From an uncultured Acidobacteriota bacterium (GTDB lineage Bacteria > Acidobacteriota > Vicinamibacteria > Fen-336 > JAGNNV01): a DNA stretch of 58,146 nucleotides. The position numbers and the translations under genes are program-made. The notes under the pieces were generated by a model. That model was not told the origin of the DNA and made no database searches. It saw only the letters and a program-made list of their open reading frames with translations. The DNA lies in contig CAZYEA010000002.1 in assembly GCA_964646485.1 (NCBI GenBank), positions 1 through 58,146 of the forward strand. Direction: 5' to 3'. Positions 1 through 9,423 of this stretch are shown here, piece after piece (the first letter of the stretch is position 1; every line of letters begins with the position of its first letter).

Positions 1-566
1 CGCGGCGACAGCCGCTGAACGGAGCGGGCCAGGAGCTCCTTGCCGGTGCCGCTCTCGCCGAGGATCAACACGGTGGTGTCGGAGGGAGCCACGCGCTGGA
101 CCTGCAGCAGGGCTTCCTTGAGGCCCTCGCTGGCGCCGACGAGGCGCGGCAGGGACATCCGTTCCTGCAGCTCCTCCTCCAACAGGACGGCGCGGCGCTT
201 GAGACGCCGCCGATCGAGAGCGCGATCGACGAGGAGGAGAAGATGGTCGGGGTCGACGGGCTTGGTCAGGAAATCGGAAGCCCCTTCACGGATGGCGCGC
301 ACCGCATCTTCGATCGAACCGAACGCGGTCATCACGATGACGTCGGTCTCAGGCCCGGCCTTGAGGGCGGCCGAGAGAACGTCGAACCCGCTGCCCGCGG
401 GAAGCTTGAGGTCGGTGAGGACCACCCCGAAGGTGGTGCGGCCGAGCGCCCGCTTGGCCTCGTAGGTGTCGGCGCAGGCTTCGACCTGGAGTCCGTGGGC
501 GCGCAGCGCCTCGGTCAGGGCCTGGCGAAGGGACTCTTTGTCTTCGACGAGGAGCACGTCGATCAT
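1..566 (-). CDS. sigma54-dependent (NtrC/PilR-family) response regulator, N-terminal part; the gene runs off the window start
   Basis: Absent from the ORF track because it is truncated by the window. My reverse-complement translation from ATG 566..564 reads MIDVLLVEDKESLRQALTEAL..GVVLTDLKLPAGSGFDVL..VIVMTAFGSIEDAVRAIREGASDFLTKP (receiver domain), then ..VLILGESGTGKELLAR (Walker A of the sigma54 AAA+ module). It parallels the PilR-like ORF at 20408..21781. GAGG lies 5 nt upstream of the ATG. Confidence 0.85.
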   Translation of the reverse strand, partial: MIDVLLVEDKESLRQALTEALRAHGLQVEACADTYEAKRALGRTTFGVVLTDLKLPAGSGFDVLSAALKAGPETDVIVMTAFGSIEDAVRAIREGASDFLTKPVDPDHLLLLVDRALDRRRLKRRAVLLEEELQERMSLPRLVGASEGLKEALLQVQRVAPSDTTVLILGESGTGKELLARSVQRLSP

Positions 567-597
567 GACGGCCTCGCGGGCGAAAGGACGAGGGGAC

Positions 598-1164
598 CTA
601 TCGAAGCCAGCCCGCGGGCACGCCGGCCCGGCGGGCCTCGTCTTCGAAAGCGGCGAGCGCCTTCTTCGCGTCGGCAATCGCCCCCTTCTGGGCCGCGATC
701 TGCTTGTTCATCTCGACGATGCGCGCCTCCCGTTTTTGCAGCCGCATGGGGTCCTGGGCGTCGGCGGCCGAAACCACGGTCATGTCGGAGCGGTAGGTCG
801 CGAGATCCTTTTCCATCTGCGCGAGGGCCTGCTCGGCGCTGGTGACCGAGGCACGAGCCGTGGCCGCCCTCGCCTGCCAAGCCGCCTTCTGGGCTTCGAG
901 TTCGGCGGCCGCGTGGCCCGCAGAGGAAGGCGCGGGCGATGCCGAGGCAGCGGGCGGCGCCTCGCCGCCGAGCGGCGTCACCGATCCAGCGCCCTTCGCC
1001 GCCGCTTCCTTGCCGTCATCCTCAGTCAGGACTTTGACCGGCTTCGCGACCTTGGCTCTGCGTTCCTTCTCCTTCTTCGCCAGCGTCGCGAGATCCTGAG
1101 CGAGAAGGGCGGAGGGAAGAAAGACCACCAGAAGCGCGAGACTCCGGCGGCGGAGACGAGTCAC
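598..1164 (-). CDS. secreted coiled-coil protein of unknown function
   Basis: C-terminal part of track ORF 598..1713. The GTG at 1164..1162 overlaps the TGA of the upstream gene (GTGA). Signal-like N-terminus VTRLRRRSLALLVVFLPSALLAQD, then an Ala/Lys/Glu/Gln-rich helical sequence (AELEAQKAAWQARAATARASV..MEKDLATYRS..). The 5' extension of the track ORF overlaps the TPR gene and is Arg/Pro-rich shadow. Confidence 0.6.
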   Translation of the reverse strand: MTRLRRRSLALLVVFLPSALLAQDLATLAKKEKERRAKVAKPVKVLTEDDGKEAAAKGAGSVTPLGGEAPPAASASPAPSSAGHAAAELEAQKAAWQARAATARASVTSAEQALAQMEKDLATYRSDMTVVSAADAQDPMRLQKREARIVEMNKQIAAQKGAIADAKKALAAFEDEARRAGVPAGWLR

Positions 1165-2267
1165 TGAGCTTCCACCGATGAGAGCTGTTCGATCCGGGCG
1201 GTGAAGGCCCGGATGTCGTTGGCGCCCGGGGACAGACGGACATACTCCTGGTACGCCCGGATGGCTTCGGCGTTCTGGCCCTGACGATCCAGGATGCGCC
1301 CCTTCTCCCGGTACATGATGGCCGCGTTGGGATCGAGCTTCAGTCCCTCTTCGAGCAGTTGAAGGGCTTCGGCGGGCCGGCTCTGCTTCATGAGGACGTC
1401 CGAGAGCAAGGCGCGGGTGAGGTCGGCGGTGGGCATGGCCGTCAGGATTTCCCGATACTGGCGGGCGGCGCCATCGAGGTCGCGCGCGGCTTCGAGGGCG
1501 CGGGCCAGATTCTGCTTGGGGGCGAGGTCGTCGGGCTGAAGTTGGACCACGGTTTCGAGATACGGACGCGCCTTCGCGAAATCGTTGGATCGCAGGTGGA
1601 TGTTCGCGAGCTCGCGCAGGTTGGCGAGGTTCTCGGGCTCGATCTGAACGGCCGCCTCGTAAGCGCGCGCCGCTTCGGTGTACCGACCCGCGCGGTTCAA
1701 GGCCTTGGCCCACTCGGCGGTGTAACGAACGTTGGTGGTGTCGAGGCCAGCCGCCCCTTCATACTCCACGAGCGCTTCGGTGGTGGCGCCCGACTTTTCG
1801 AGGGCCTCGGCGAGGCCCAGGCGATAGTCGGCTCGATTCGCGGCGGCCACCGCTTCTCTGAGGAGAGTCACCGCGGCCTGGAAGTTGCCTCCACGCATCG
1901 CGGCCATGCCGTCCGCGTAGGCCTTGGATCCGGGCGCCCCCTGGGTCGGAACCGCGGCGGGGACCGAGGGCTGCACCACCGGCGGCGCCGCCGCGAGCGG
2001 GGGCGCCGTCGCCGCGTCCGCGCTCTGGATCGTCCGCCAGGCCGCGAACGCGACGCCCAGTGTAAGCACTACGAAGATCAGGGGAACCAGAGGACTCTGA
2101 GCTTGTTCTCCCTCGTCGCTGACCTGGAACCCGGGCTTACCCTTCTTGGCCGCGGCCTGGTCTCCGGCCTTGACGCCTTCGAGCGACTCGCCGCACTTGA
2201 CGCAGAATTCCTTGTCAAGCCGGTTCCGGGTCGAGCACTGCGGGCACGTGCGGAAATTGGAGGCCAT
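1161..2267 (-). CDS. zinc-ribbon / single-TM / periplasmic TPR-repeat protein
   Basis: N-terminal CPQC..x..CVKC zinc-ribbon (MASNFRTCPQCSTRNRLDKEFCVKCGESL), hydrophobic helix LVPLIFVVLTLGVAFAAW, then repeated TPR-like units (YRLGLAEALEKSG.., YTAEWAKALNRAGRYTEAARAYEAAVQIEPEN, ..AKARPYLETVVQLQPDD.., ..AEAIRAYQEYVRLSP). Confidence 0.8.
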   Translation of the reverse strand: MASNFRTCPQCSTRNRLDKEFCVKCGESLEGVKAGDQAAAKKGKPGFQVSDEGEQAQSPLVPLIFVVLTLGVAFAAWRTIQSADAATAPPLAAAPPVVQPSVPAAVPTQGAPGSKAYADGMAAMRGGNFQAAVTLLREAVAAANRADYRLGLAEALEKSGATTEALVEYEGAAGLDTTNVRYTAEWAKALNRAGRYTEAARAYEAAVQIEPENLANLRELANIHLRSNDFAKARPYLETVVQLQPDDLAPKQNLARALEAARDLDGAARQYREILTAMPTADLTRALLSDVLMKQSRPAEALQLLEEGLKLDPNAAIMYREKGRILDRQGQNAEAIRAYQEYVRLSPGANDIRAFTARIEQLSSVEAQ

Positions 2268-2312
2268 TTGAAGCTAGAGCGTAATCCCGAACGCACCCTT
2301 TTGGAAAGTGGC

Positions 2313-2357
2313 GTAAGAAAACGGGTCTTGGGCCGGCCCGGGCACCCGGACCGGCCC
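2313..2357 (-). terminator. candidate stem-loop with weak T-tract just downstream of pilY1
   Basis: On the minus strand: GGGCCGGTCCGGG-TG-CCCGGGCCGGCCC. This is a 13-bp stem with one G-U position, followed after 8 nt by TTTTCTT. The T-run is not adjacent to the stem, so this is not a canonical terminator. Confidence 0.3.
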
Positions 2358-2380
2358 CGATACGGCTGAGCGGCCTCGCG

Positions 2381-5300
2381 CTAGTACGCCACCCGGCACA
2401 CCGATGACCCGATGCGGTAGGGCACGGTGGTGGCAGAGAGGATCTTGGCTTCGGTCGAGTTAGGGGTCAGTCCGACGCTGACGAGACTGCTCGAGGAGGA
2501 GATCGTCTCGGACTGAACCGGCACGCCGGGCGGTGGAGGCGGGTTTTCGGCGTTCAGACCTTGGTCGACCACGAGGCTGCCCTCGCCGGAAACACGGACG
2601 GCGTTGATCTTCTTGCCCGTGAACTCGATGAAGGCGTCGTCCCCGGTGGCCTTCAAGTCGAAGGCCGGCAGGGGCGCGGCGCCCGGGGTGGCCACCACTC
2701 CCTGGAGTGCGATCAGAATGCTGTCGAAGGTTCCGACGCACTGCATGGAGGTGAACTTGGTTCCTGCGTAGAAGACCACCGGAGCAGGCGGAACGACCGG
2801 CGGACCGGCCGCACCTCCGGCGAATGCAGCCGCCGGCTGGACTGTGCCACGGTAGTTCGTCTCGAAATTCCGCGTGAACTGGAGAATGCCTGAGTTGGCG
2901 GCCCCGGTCATCGGGTCCTTGATCGCGTAGGACTTGAACGGAGGCGCTCCCGGGGCGGGCGGGCGATTCCCTTCAGCCGGCACGGGCACGCGGCGGTCGT
3001 GGCCGCTCTCCGCATAGATCAAAACATCTCCGGGAAGAGCGCCATCAGGCCGATTCTGGAGCACGCTCACCGCGGTGGCGAACGGCTGGTTCCCGTCAGT
3101 GGCAGGGACGGCGCTAAAGAGGACTACGGGCGGATTCGCTGGCGTCGCCACGTCGTAGCGCCAGATCCGGCTGTGGAGATCGCCGAAGTAGACGGACTTC
3201 GCCTTCGCCGCGATCGGGTTGCCGATGAACCGGTAACCAGAGGGGCTGTTCCCGTCTCCATCTTCGGCGTAGACCACGGGGGGCGCCACCAGGAAGTTCG
3301 TGAGCACGGTGTTCGGAGGAGGCAGGGGAGCGGGCGACCCGTTTGGAATATCGAAGTTCCGGATCACATCTCCCGTGAGGGCATCCAGGACATAGAAAGT
3401 CTTGCCTTCGCCAAGGGGATGGCTGCCGGCGGCGGTGTTGACGTCCGAATATCCGGAGCCGACGAACAGGGCGAAGTTCGTGCCGTTCGCACCCGTCCGG
3501 GGGGTGGTGTAATTCGAGGCGGTCACGAAGCCCACGGAGGGTAGAGACCAGGTTTCCCCCATCCCCAGGTAGGCGTTGTAGTCGCCCGCGGAGTTGTTGT
3601 ACAGGCCGCCCGCGGCGAAGGTGATCCCTTGCGTCGTGTCGGGGTTGCCACGGCTCCACACGACAAAGGGCAATTGAGTCGATATCGAGTGTTCGGTAAA
3701 TGGTCCAGGGGCAGTGATGTCAAGTGCGGTGTAGTACTTCCCTCCCTGGCCGCGGCCGAAGTACAGGATCGTGCGCCACACCCCCGCGAACGACTTCCCA
3801 CCAAAGGAACCGCCGCCGGGCAGGAAGATGTCGGCGAAGCGGACCGGTGATGCCAGGAGGTACTGTTTGTCTCCACGACCCTGAATCTTTGTCAGCGCGG
3901 GAAGCTTGGAGAGAACGTCGAAGGGCACGAACGCCCACATCTCCTCGCCTCCGGTCTCGGGCAGGCCGGTCTCGAGACTCTGGCCACAATTCACGGCCCC
4001 TACGCCGAGGCCGGAGCTGGGAGGCGGAGGCGGGCACGGGCCGGCGCGGAAGGCATGCAGGGCCTGGTTGGTGGCGTGATAGACCACGCTCATCGCGGGC
4101 TTGAGAGAAAGATCCGCAGCGGCAGCATCTCGGACGGTCTGAGGGATGCCGGGGTTCGCGGGATCGAGCCGATCCGGATTTCGAAGACCGAGGCCATTGA
4201 GGACGCCGTTCACCGCGGCCCCTGAGCTGGTTCTCAAACCGTCGCGATAGTCCCTGTATTCGTCGACGCCGACCGCCCCAGGGGCGGCCTTCGGGCCAGC
4301 CAGCAGCGGAGGCGTGACCACCCCTGGCGCGGCCAGAGTCGACTCGGCCAGGACCCAGGGCCGAACCACGAATTGGAGTTGCGATCGGTTGGCGGCCGGG
4401 CCGCCGCTGCTTGAGGTCCTCACTGGGAGCCCGTTCTGGGCATCCACCTGCGCTCCGGCAAGGTAGGCGAGGACGATTTCGCGGGCTTCGCGCTTGGCGC
4501 GAGCGAGGGGAACCCCGGCGGTGGTCGAGGTGCACTCCGGGTGGATGTCCGCGGTCACCGTCCCCTGGCACGCGCCGGGAACGGCGGCTTGAACCTGAGT
4601 CACGGTGGTGAGGGCATCGAAGCCCATCGCGGTGTCGAGGATACCGCGGACGGGAGCGGCACCCGTTCCCGTGGCGCTTGGGGCCACCGAGGCGAGGTCG
4701 CTCGCACTCACTGTGGGCGGCCACAGCGGAACGCGATTCCAAGCCAGAGCGGTCGCATTCGTCGCGGGATTGAGCAAGTTGTTGACGTTGTAGTTTGGAT
4801 TGACGCCATTCCCGGAGGTCGTGAAGATGCGACGCTTGATCTTCGCGCTGGACGTCTTGATGTTGCTCAGCGTAGCCGGGGTCGAGCCGCCATAAAGATC
4901 AGAGAAGAAATACAACGTGCTCGTCCCCATTCCGTTGGTCGCATTCGTCACTCGATCCTTCAGCAACTGACCCGCATCCCATGCCTGAACGGAGAGATCG
5001 TCGGCGAGATTAGCCGGGGTTCCGTTGTCGCTCCGGCGGAAGGCATTCAGATGGCCGAGCCAGCCCGGCAGTTCAAAGGTCGACTGCAGGAGAACGGGCA
5101 CGGACACCGCGTACCGATCCTCCGGATCGAGGGGGTCCTTCGGCGGATTTCCCAGGCTCGCGAACTCGAAGACGGTCTCCGTAACCGACTGCTGGTCGGA
5201 GAATTCGCCTGTGGCCGTGCTTGTGTTGATTGCCGCATTGAGGGCGTTCACGAGGTCGGTGAGGTTGTTCGCGATGAAGGAGTTGCGGCACGCCCCGCCG

Positions 5301-6841
5301 GGCTGGCATACGCCGTTCGCCGGGTTCTTTCCGGTACCGGCCTGCGAGATGGCGTTTACGGTCGCTTGGGTGCCGCCCGCGAAGGTGATCATGAGGAGTT
5401 CGATGCGGTTCGCGGCGGCCCATTGGGCGGCGGTAAGACCCTTGCTGGTGAGGCACGCGCCCGTGCAGGCGGGCAGAGCAGGCAGGGTGTTGCTCCACAG
5501 GTTGTAGGCGGCCTGAACCGGATCGCCACCGCAGGTCTCGTCACCGTCCGTCAGCAGGATGATGAACTGCTTCTGCTTGCCTATCGCCGCGAGGGGACGC
5601 TGCGGGGTTCCACCCACGGGCAGGACCACGGTTCGGAAGTAGTTGAGGGAGAACGCCATGGCCGCGGCGAGAGGCGTGAAGAAGGCTTGGCGGATGCCGA
5701 CGTTCCGGAAGGGCGGCACATCGGTGATCCCGGGCTTGGTGTTCGAGAGGCTGGTGACCGGGGGCAGGAACTGGGCGTTCCCTGCAGCGTCGTACTGCAG
5801 TTCCATTCTCATGTTCGCGCGGATGGCCGCCGAGTTGTCCGAATCACAGGCCGCGACATCGATCACCGTGCCGTTCGAGCTGCAACTCGGCCCGCCGTTC
5901 GAAGGATCCACATGCTGGAAATGACCGGACGTCGCCCAATAAGTTGTGATGGCGTTGGTGCTCGCATTCTGGATCTGGAAGCAGGCGCGGGACGTCGATC
6001 CATCGGCGAAGGAGAGAACGTCATCGCCCAGCAGGCCCGGGGGGGGAGGAGGGCAGGTGATGTTCGTCGAGGACACCAGGGCGCCGTTGGTGCGGGTGCT
6101 GCCCGAGGAAAGGCCCGGGGTGACCGTATATCGCTTGCCGTTCCTCATGAGAAGGGAGTTGATGTAATAGCGGCAGTGCGTTCCGTAGGTGTGGGTTATG
6201 GGAGCGAGAGTGGTTCCCGCGGTGTTCACCTGGTTCCCAGCCGGCTGGTTGGTGCAGCCGGACGGATAGGCGGCGGTGAGACCGCCCGAGTCGAGACCTC
6301 TGAAGATCTTCGTCTTTTCGGTGGCTGAGCAGGCGCCGCCGCCGCCCGTGCACGTGTCGACGTCGATATTGGTCAACGTCGTGCTGGGCGAGTTGAAATA
6401 CTTGAGCCACCCGTTTCCGGTCGGGTCCTGGGTCGCGTAGATCAGTCCGTCGGCCGGAAGCAATTGGGCATCGGCGGGGTTCGGGTCGAAGGTAGCTAGA
6501 CCGAAGTTGGCCTTGCCCGCGTTGGCGGCGAGGACTTCGCGGACCGCCCGCTTCATCTGGTAGAAGCGCGAGGCCGGATCGTCTCCGCCCACGATGAAGT
6601 TCTGATTCTCGGGGGTGCCTGCCATGGAACCCGAGGTATCCACGAAGAACAGGACGTTGTTCTTGATGGCGGTATCGAGGATCTGCAGCGGATCGATGCC
6701 GCTGTTGGCGGCTGAGGCAGAAAAAGCTCGGTCGCCGAGGTTGGCGAGTAGAGCGGCTCCCACGAAGAGGCCGAGGCCCAGGGTGCGCCAAAGGCCGCGG
6801 GCGCGGACAGGACTGTCGTTGCTGATCATGATGTTTTCCAT
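2381..6841 (-). CDS. pilY1: PilY1-like type IV pilus tip protein with N-terminal vWA domain (1486 aa)
   Basis: Signal peptide; vWA MIDAS elements FFVDTSGSMAG .. GLATF .. FIILLTDGDETCGG; C-terminal region with a PilY1-type signature (SVYFGDLHSRIWRYDV) and an Asp/Gly loop YAEDGDGNSPSGY. It sits immediately after the pilX/W/V/fimU-like genes, the classical operon position. Confidence 0.85.
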   Translation of the reverse strand: MENIMISNDSPVRARGLWRTLGLGLFVGAALLANLGDRAFSASAANSGIDPLQILDTAIKNNVLFFVDTSGSMAGTPENQNFIVGGDDPASRFYQMKRAVREVLAANAGKANFGLATFDPNPADAQLLPADGLIYATQDPTGNGWLKYFNSPSTTLTNIDVDTCTGGGGACSATEKTKIFRGLDSGGLTAAYPSGCTNQPAGNQVNTAGTTLAPITHTYGTHCRYYINSLLMRNGKRYTVTPGLSSGSTRTNGALVSSTNITCPPPPPGLLGDDVLSFADGSTSRACFQIQNASTNAITTYWATSGHFQHVDPSNGGPSCSSNGTVIDVAACDSDNSAAIRANMRMELQYDAAGNAQFLPPVTSLSNTKPGITDVPPFRNVGIRQAFFTPLAAAMAFSLNYFRTVVLPVGGTPQRPLAAIGKQKQFIILLTDGDETCGGDPVQAAYNLWSNTLPALPACTGACLTSKGLTAAQWAAANRIELLMITFAGGTQATVNAISQAGTGKNPANGVCQPGGACRNSFIANNLTDLVNALNAAINTSTATGEFSDQQSVTETVFEFASLGNPPKDPLDPEDRYAVSVPVLLQSTFELPGWLGHLNAFRRSDNGTPANLADDLSVQAWDAGQLLKDRVTNATNGMGTSTLYFFSDLYGGSTPATLSNIKTSSAKIKRRIFTTSGNGVNPNYNVNNLLNPATNATALAWNRVPLWPPTVSASDLASVAPSATGTGAAPVRGILDTAMGFDALTTVTQVQAAVPGACQGTVTADIHPECTSTTAGVPLARAKREAREIVLAYLAGAQVDAQNGLPVRTSSSGGPAANRSQLQFVVRPWVLAESTLAAPGVVTPPLLAGPKAAPGAVGVDEYRDYRDGLRTSSGAAVNGVLNGLGLRNPDRLDPANPGIPQTVRDAAAADLSLKPAMSVVYHATNQALHAFRAGPCPPPPPSSGLGVGAVNCGQSLETGLPETGGEEMWAFVPFDVLSKLPALTKIQGRGDKQYLLASPVRFADIFLPGGGSFGGKSFAGVWRTILYFGRGQGGKYYTALDITAPGPFTEHSISTQLPFVVWSRGNPDTTQGITFAAGGLYNNSAGDYNAYLGMGETWSLPSVGFVTASNYTTPRTGANGTNFALFVGSGYSDVNTAAGSHPLGEGKTFYVLDALTGDVIRNFDIPNGSPAPLPPPNTVLTNFLVAPPVVYAEDGDGNSPSGYRFIGNPIAAKAKSVYFGDLHSRIWRYDVATPANPPVVLFSAVPATDGNQPFATAVSVLQNRPDGALPGDVLIYAESGHDRRVPVPAEGNRPPAPGAPPFKSYAIKDPMTGAANSGILQFTRNFETNYRGTVQPAAAFAGGAAGPPVVPPAPVVFYAGTKFTSMQCVGTFDSILIALQGVVATPGAAPLPAFDLKATGDDAFIEFTGKKINAVRVSGEGSLVVDQGLNAENPPPPPGVPVQSETISSSSSLVSVGLTPNSTEAKILSATTVPYRIGSSVCRVAY

Positions 6842-6859
6842 TGTCGTTTCCCTGAGCCT

Positions 6860-7708
6860 TTACTTGAGGTCGCCGGTGCCGACGCCAGGAGTGCCGGCGA
6901 GTGCTTCCGTAACCTGCCGCCCCGCGGTGAGGGCCACGCAACCGGACGTATTGCCGCCCGACGACGAGCCGCCGGCCTGCCCCTGACGGGAGGAGCAGGC
7001 GGACTGATCGAGGATGGTGGTGCCGGTCCGGACCAGAAGGGTCTCGATGGTATAGACCGCACGGTTGCTGGCCGCGAAGGCGTTCGCGTTGGCGCCTCCG
7101 GTGAAGGGAGCCACACCTTCGGACACCAGGACCACGACGTTGTTGTCGGCGTAGTCCTCGAGCTGCGTCCCCGTGGCGAAGCCCTGGGCGTCAACCTGGT
7201 TCCAACGGACCGGCCGCCGCACCCAGAGCGTGAACGCGCCATTGAGGGTCGCCCCGCCGATCTGCGAGCGGTACTCCTCGGGTCCGTTGGCGCCGCCGTC
7301 GTCGTAGACCACGCCGTAGCCCATGCCGTATCCCCGCTGGTCGCACTTCCAGGATTCCCAGTTCCTGGTGGCGCGGTTGAGGACCGGCGCGCCGCCCGCG
7401 TAGGTCGCGGGCGCGGTGGGGGAAGTGGCGCTGCCGTTCCAGGCGGTGGCGGACCAATCGGCGACCGTCCGCGCGGCGGGGAGAATCGCGTCCCAGTTCG
7501 GCGCGGCCATCAGGATGCTCTTCCCGTATTCGATCCCCGCCTCCGCGTTGTAGCGGGCCGCCTCGCTCCATCGCTGGTTCGAAGAGATCTGCAGCTCGAC
7601 GCTCGTGCTGTTGGAGAGAGCAAGACCCATGGTGGTGAGGAGGACCAGGGCCAGCAGGGCCAGGATCAGGGCGAAGCCCGATTCGCGTGAGGTGTTTCGT
7701 GGTGACAT
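6860..7708 (-). CDS. pilX: PilX-like minor pilin
   Basis: N-terminus MSPRNTSRESGFALILALLALVLLTTMGLALSNSTSVELQISSNQRWSEAARYNAEAGIEYG matches the PilX N-terminal pattern. Located between the pilW-like and pilY1-like genes. Confidence 0.75.
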   Translation of the reverse strand: MSPRNTSRESGFALILALLALVLLTTMGLALSNSTSVELQISSNQRWSEAARYNAEAGIEYGKSILMAAPNWDAILPAARTVADWSATAWNGSATSPTAPATYAGGAPVLNRATRNWESWKCDQRGYGMGYGVVYDDGGANGPEEYRSQIGGATLNGAFTLWVRRPVRWNQVDAQGFATGTQLEDYADNNVVVLVSEGVAPFTGGANANAFAASNRAVYTIETLLVRTGTTILDQSACSSRQGQAGGSSSGGNTSGCVALTAGRQVTEALAGTPGVGTGDLK

Positions 7709-7755
7709 GTCGTCGTTCCTAATCAGAAAGAGAATCGAAGGAGAAGGGGTCTTCG

Positions 7756-8922
7756 CTATTGCCAGCGCTTGGCCGGATCGGGTTCCTGCATCAAGGAAAC
7801 CTGGGCGCCGCGCGGAGCGACGGTGGTGGTGAGACTTCCCCGCACCGCGGTGATGCCGTTGCCCGCGGCCACGGACTGCCCCTGAAGCCGGTTTTCACCC
7901 ACCGTGCGTGCCCACATGGTCACCTCGACTTCGCGGACCACATTGTCGAAGGACGGTGGGGCGATGGCGGGCGCCGCATCTTGCCAGCCCGCGAACGTGC
8001 GGTAGCGCACCTGAAAGTCTTCGATGCCACGGGCGACCACTTGCCAGGCGTTGCCCGGAGGGAGGGTGTTGTAAGTGCCGGTGGCGCGGTCGAAACCACC
8101 AGTGGCCGACCGGAAAAGGGAAGGAACGCCGTCGGTATCGAGCGCCAGCCGGTAGATGATCCGGTCCATCTTCACGAACCGGTTTGGCGAAGCGCCCTGG
8201 GTCGCCCACGCGGGACAGGGGTCGGCGGGTGCGGCAAGATAGGTGTCGCAGGAGAAGTTGTTGGGGCCGGTGAATTGTGATCCGTTGGCGACGGTATTGA
8301 CGTTGCTCGCGAAGTTGAACTTGTCGCCTGCCGGGTCATGAGCCACGAAGGCCCATTTCGAAGCCCCGCTTGGGTAGATGCCAAGAACGTAGGCGGGGGT
8401 CTCGTAACACGGGGGGTACGTCATCCCTGCCGGAAGATTGAAAACGTTCCCGTTGAGGCCTCCGTTCTGAACCGCGACGACCTGAGGACAGTCCTGGTTC
8501 ATGGCCCGGATCTCCAGGACATCCGGCAAGCCTCCGCCGAGAAGGGCGTCACCGGCCGGGCGCACACCCGTGACCGCGGCCCCGGCCGCGCCCGTCACTC
8601 CGATGGCGTTCAGGTTCCCGGCGAAGGCCTGGATGTAGTTGCCGAGACCCAGGCCTGCTATCTCGAGATCCTCCCGGACCCTTGTCATGGCGATGCGGAT
8701 CTGCTGCTGGCGGTCGCTCAGTGCAGGCTCGCGACGGAAGGCGCCCTGGCTCGAGGCGATGAGGCCGTACATCGACCCGGTGATGACCAGGGTCACGCCC
8801 AGGGCGACCATGAGTTCGAGCAGGGAAAAGCCATCCTCGCGCGGGCGTGCGCTCGGTGAGGGAAGAGTCGGCGGGAGCTTGGGCATGGCGTGGTCCTGGG
8901 GGAGCGAGGCGACGGTTCTCAT
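7756..8922 (-). CDS. pilW: PilW-like minor pilin (prepilin-type N-terminal cleavage/methylation domain)
   Basis: ..REDG/FSLLELMVALGVTLVITGSMYGLIASSQGAFRREPALSDRQQQIRIAMTRVREDLEIAG. The ATG at 8922 overlaps the stop of pilV (ATGA). The ATG at 8886 (MPKLPP..) is an alternative start. Confidence 0.75.
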   Translation of the reverse strand: MRTVASLPQDHAMPKLPPTLPSPSARPREDGFSLLELMVALGVTLVITGSMYGLIASSQGAFRREPALSDRQQQIRIAMTRVREDLEIAGLGLGNYIQAFAGNLNAIGVTGAAGAAVTGVRPAGDALLGGGLPDVLEIRAMNQDCPQVVAVQNGGLNGNVFNLPAGMTYPPCYETPAYVLGIYPSGASKWAFVAHDPAGDKFNFASNVNTVANGSQFTGPNNFSCDTYLAAPADPCPAWATQGASPNRFVKMDRIIYRLALDTDGVPSLFRSATGGFDRATGTYNTLPPGNAWQVVARGIEDFQVRYRTFAGWQDAAPAIAPPSFDNVVREVEVTMWARTVGENRLQGQSVAAGNGITAVRGSLTTTVAPRGAQVSLMQEPDPAKRWQ

Positions 8923-9392
8923 AGCGGGCAGCCGGCCGCGGCGCCGAGGGTGCACGAACGGATGGTGGTGAGTTCAGCCCGGGCCTGCCGCCCGCGGAAG
9001 CCCTGGGGGTCGGTGCGCACCTGAACGAACTTGAGGTTGGCGTTGGTCAGATCCTGGATCAGCCATCGGGTCTCGAACTGGCCGACTCCCTCGACTTCGG
9101 TGATCACAAAGAAGCCGGGTGTTTGAGTCGCGAGGGTATCGACGGCGCTGTTGACGAGCTGGTTGTAAGGAGTGGAGCGAAGCGTCTCGAGCTGTTCCGC
9201 CGCAATGAGGGTTGCGGCGGAGGCCCGGTTGGCGACGTTGTTCGAAGTGGTGGCCACGATCATGAGGTTGAAGATCGAGGCCAGGCCGAACATCAGGATG
9301 AGGGTGGCGATGAGGGCCTCGGCGAGGGTAAAGCCCGCTTCGGGGTTGCGCGCCGCGGTGGCAGTCTTTGAAGTCATCGGTTTTGTCTTCAT
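8919..9392 (-). CDS. pilV: PilV-like minor pilin
   Basis: MKTKPMTSKTATAARNPEAG/FTLAEALIATLILMFGLASIFNLMIVATTSNNVANRASAATLIAAEQLETLRS: class III signal followed by a PilV-like helix. The upstream part of track ORF 8919..9512 was rejected. Confidence 0.75.
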   Translation of the reverse strand: MKTKPMTSKTATAARNPEAGFTLAEALIATLILMFGLASIFNLMIVATTSNNVANRASAATLIAAEQLETLRSTPYNQLVNSAVDTLATQTPGFFVITEVEGVGQFETRWLIQDLTNANLKFVQVRTDPQGFRGRQARAELTTIRSCTLGAAAGCPL

Positions 9393-9423
9393 TTTGAATT
9401 TCGTGTTTCTGGAGGCTTGCCTC

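Noticed and set aside
598-1713. 5'-extended versions of real genes in the ORF track: 598..1713, 7756..8955, 8919..9512, 9424..10212, 17010..18254, 17858..18970, 19680..20264, 24717..25907, 36534..38441, 39152..40102, 40713..42116, 42803..45415, 48587..49219, 51776..53548, 55506..56423, 56371..57483.
   Set aside because: The N-terminal extensions overlap the upstream gene and are Arg/Pro-rich. Each is followed by an internal start with a Shine-Dalgarno sequence, a 4-nt stop/start overlap, or a proper signal peptide or prepilin leader. I used the shorter coordinates.
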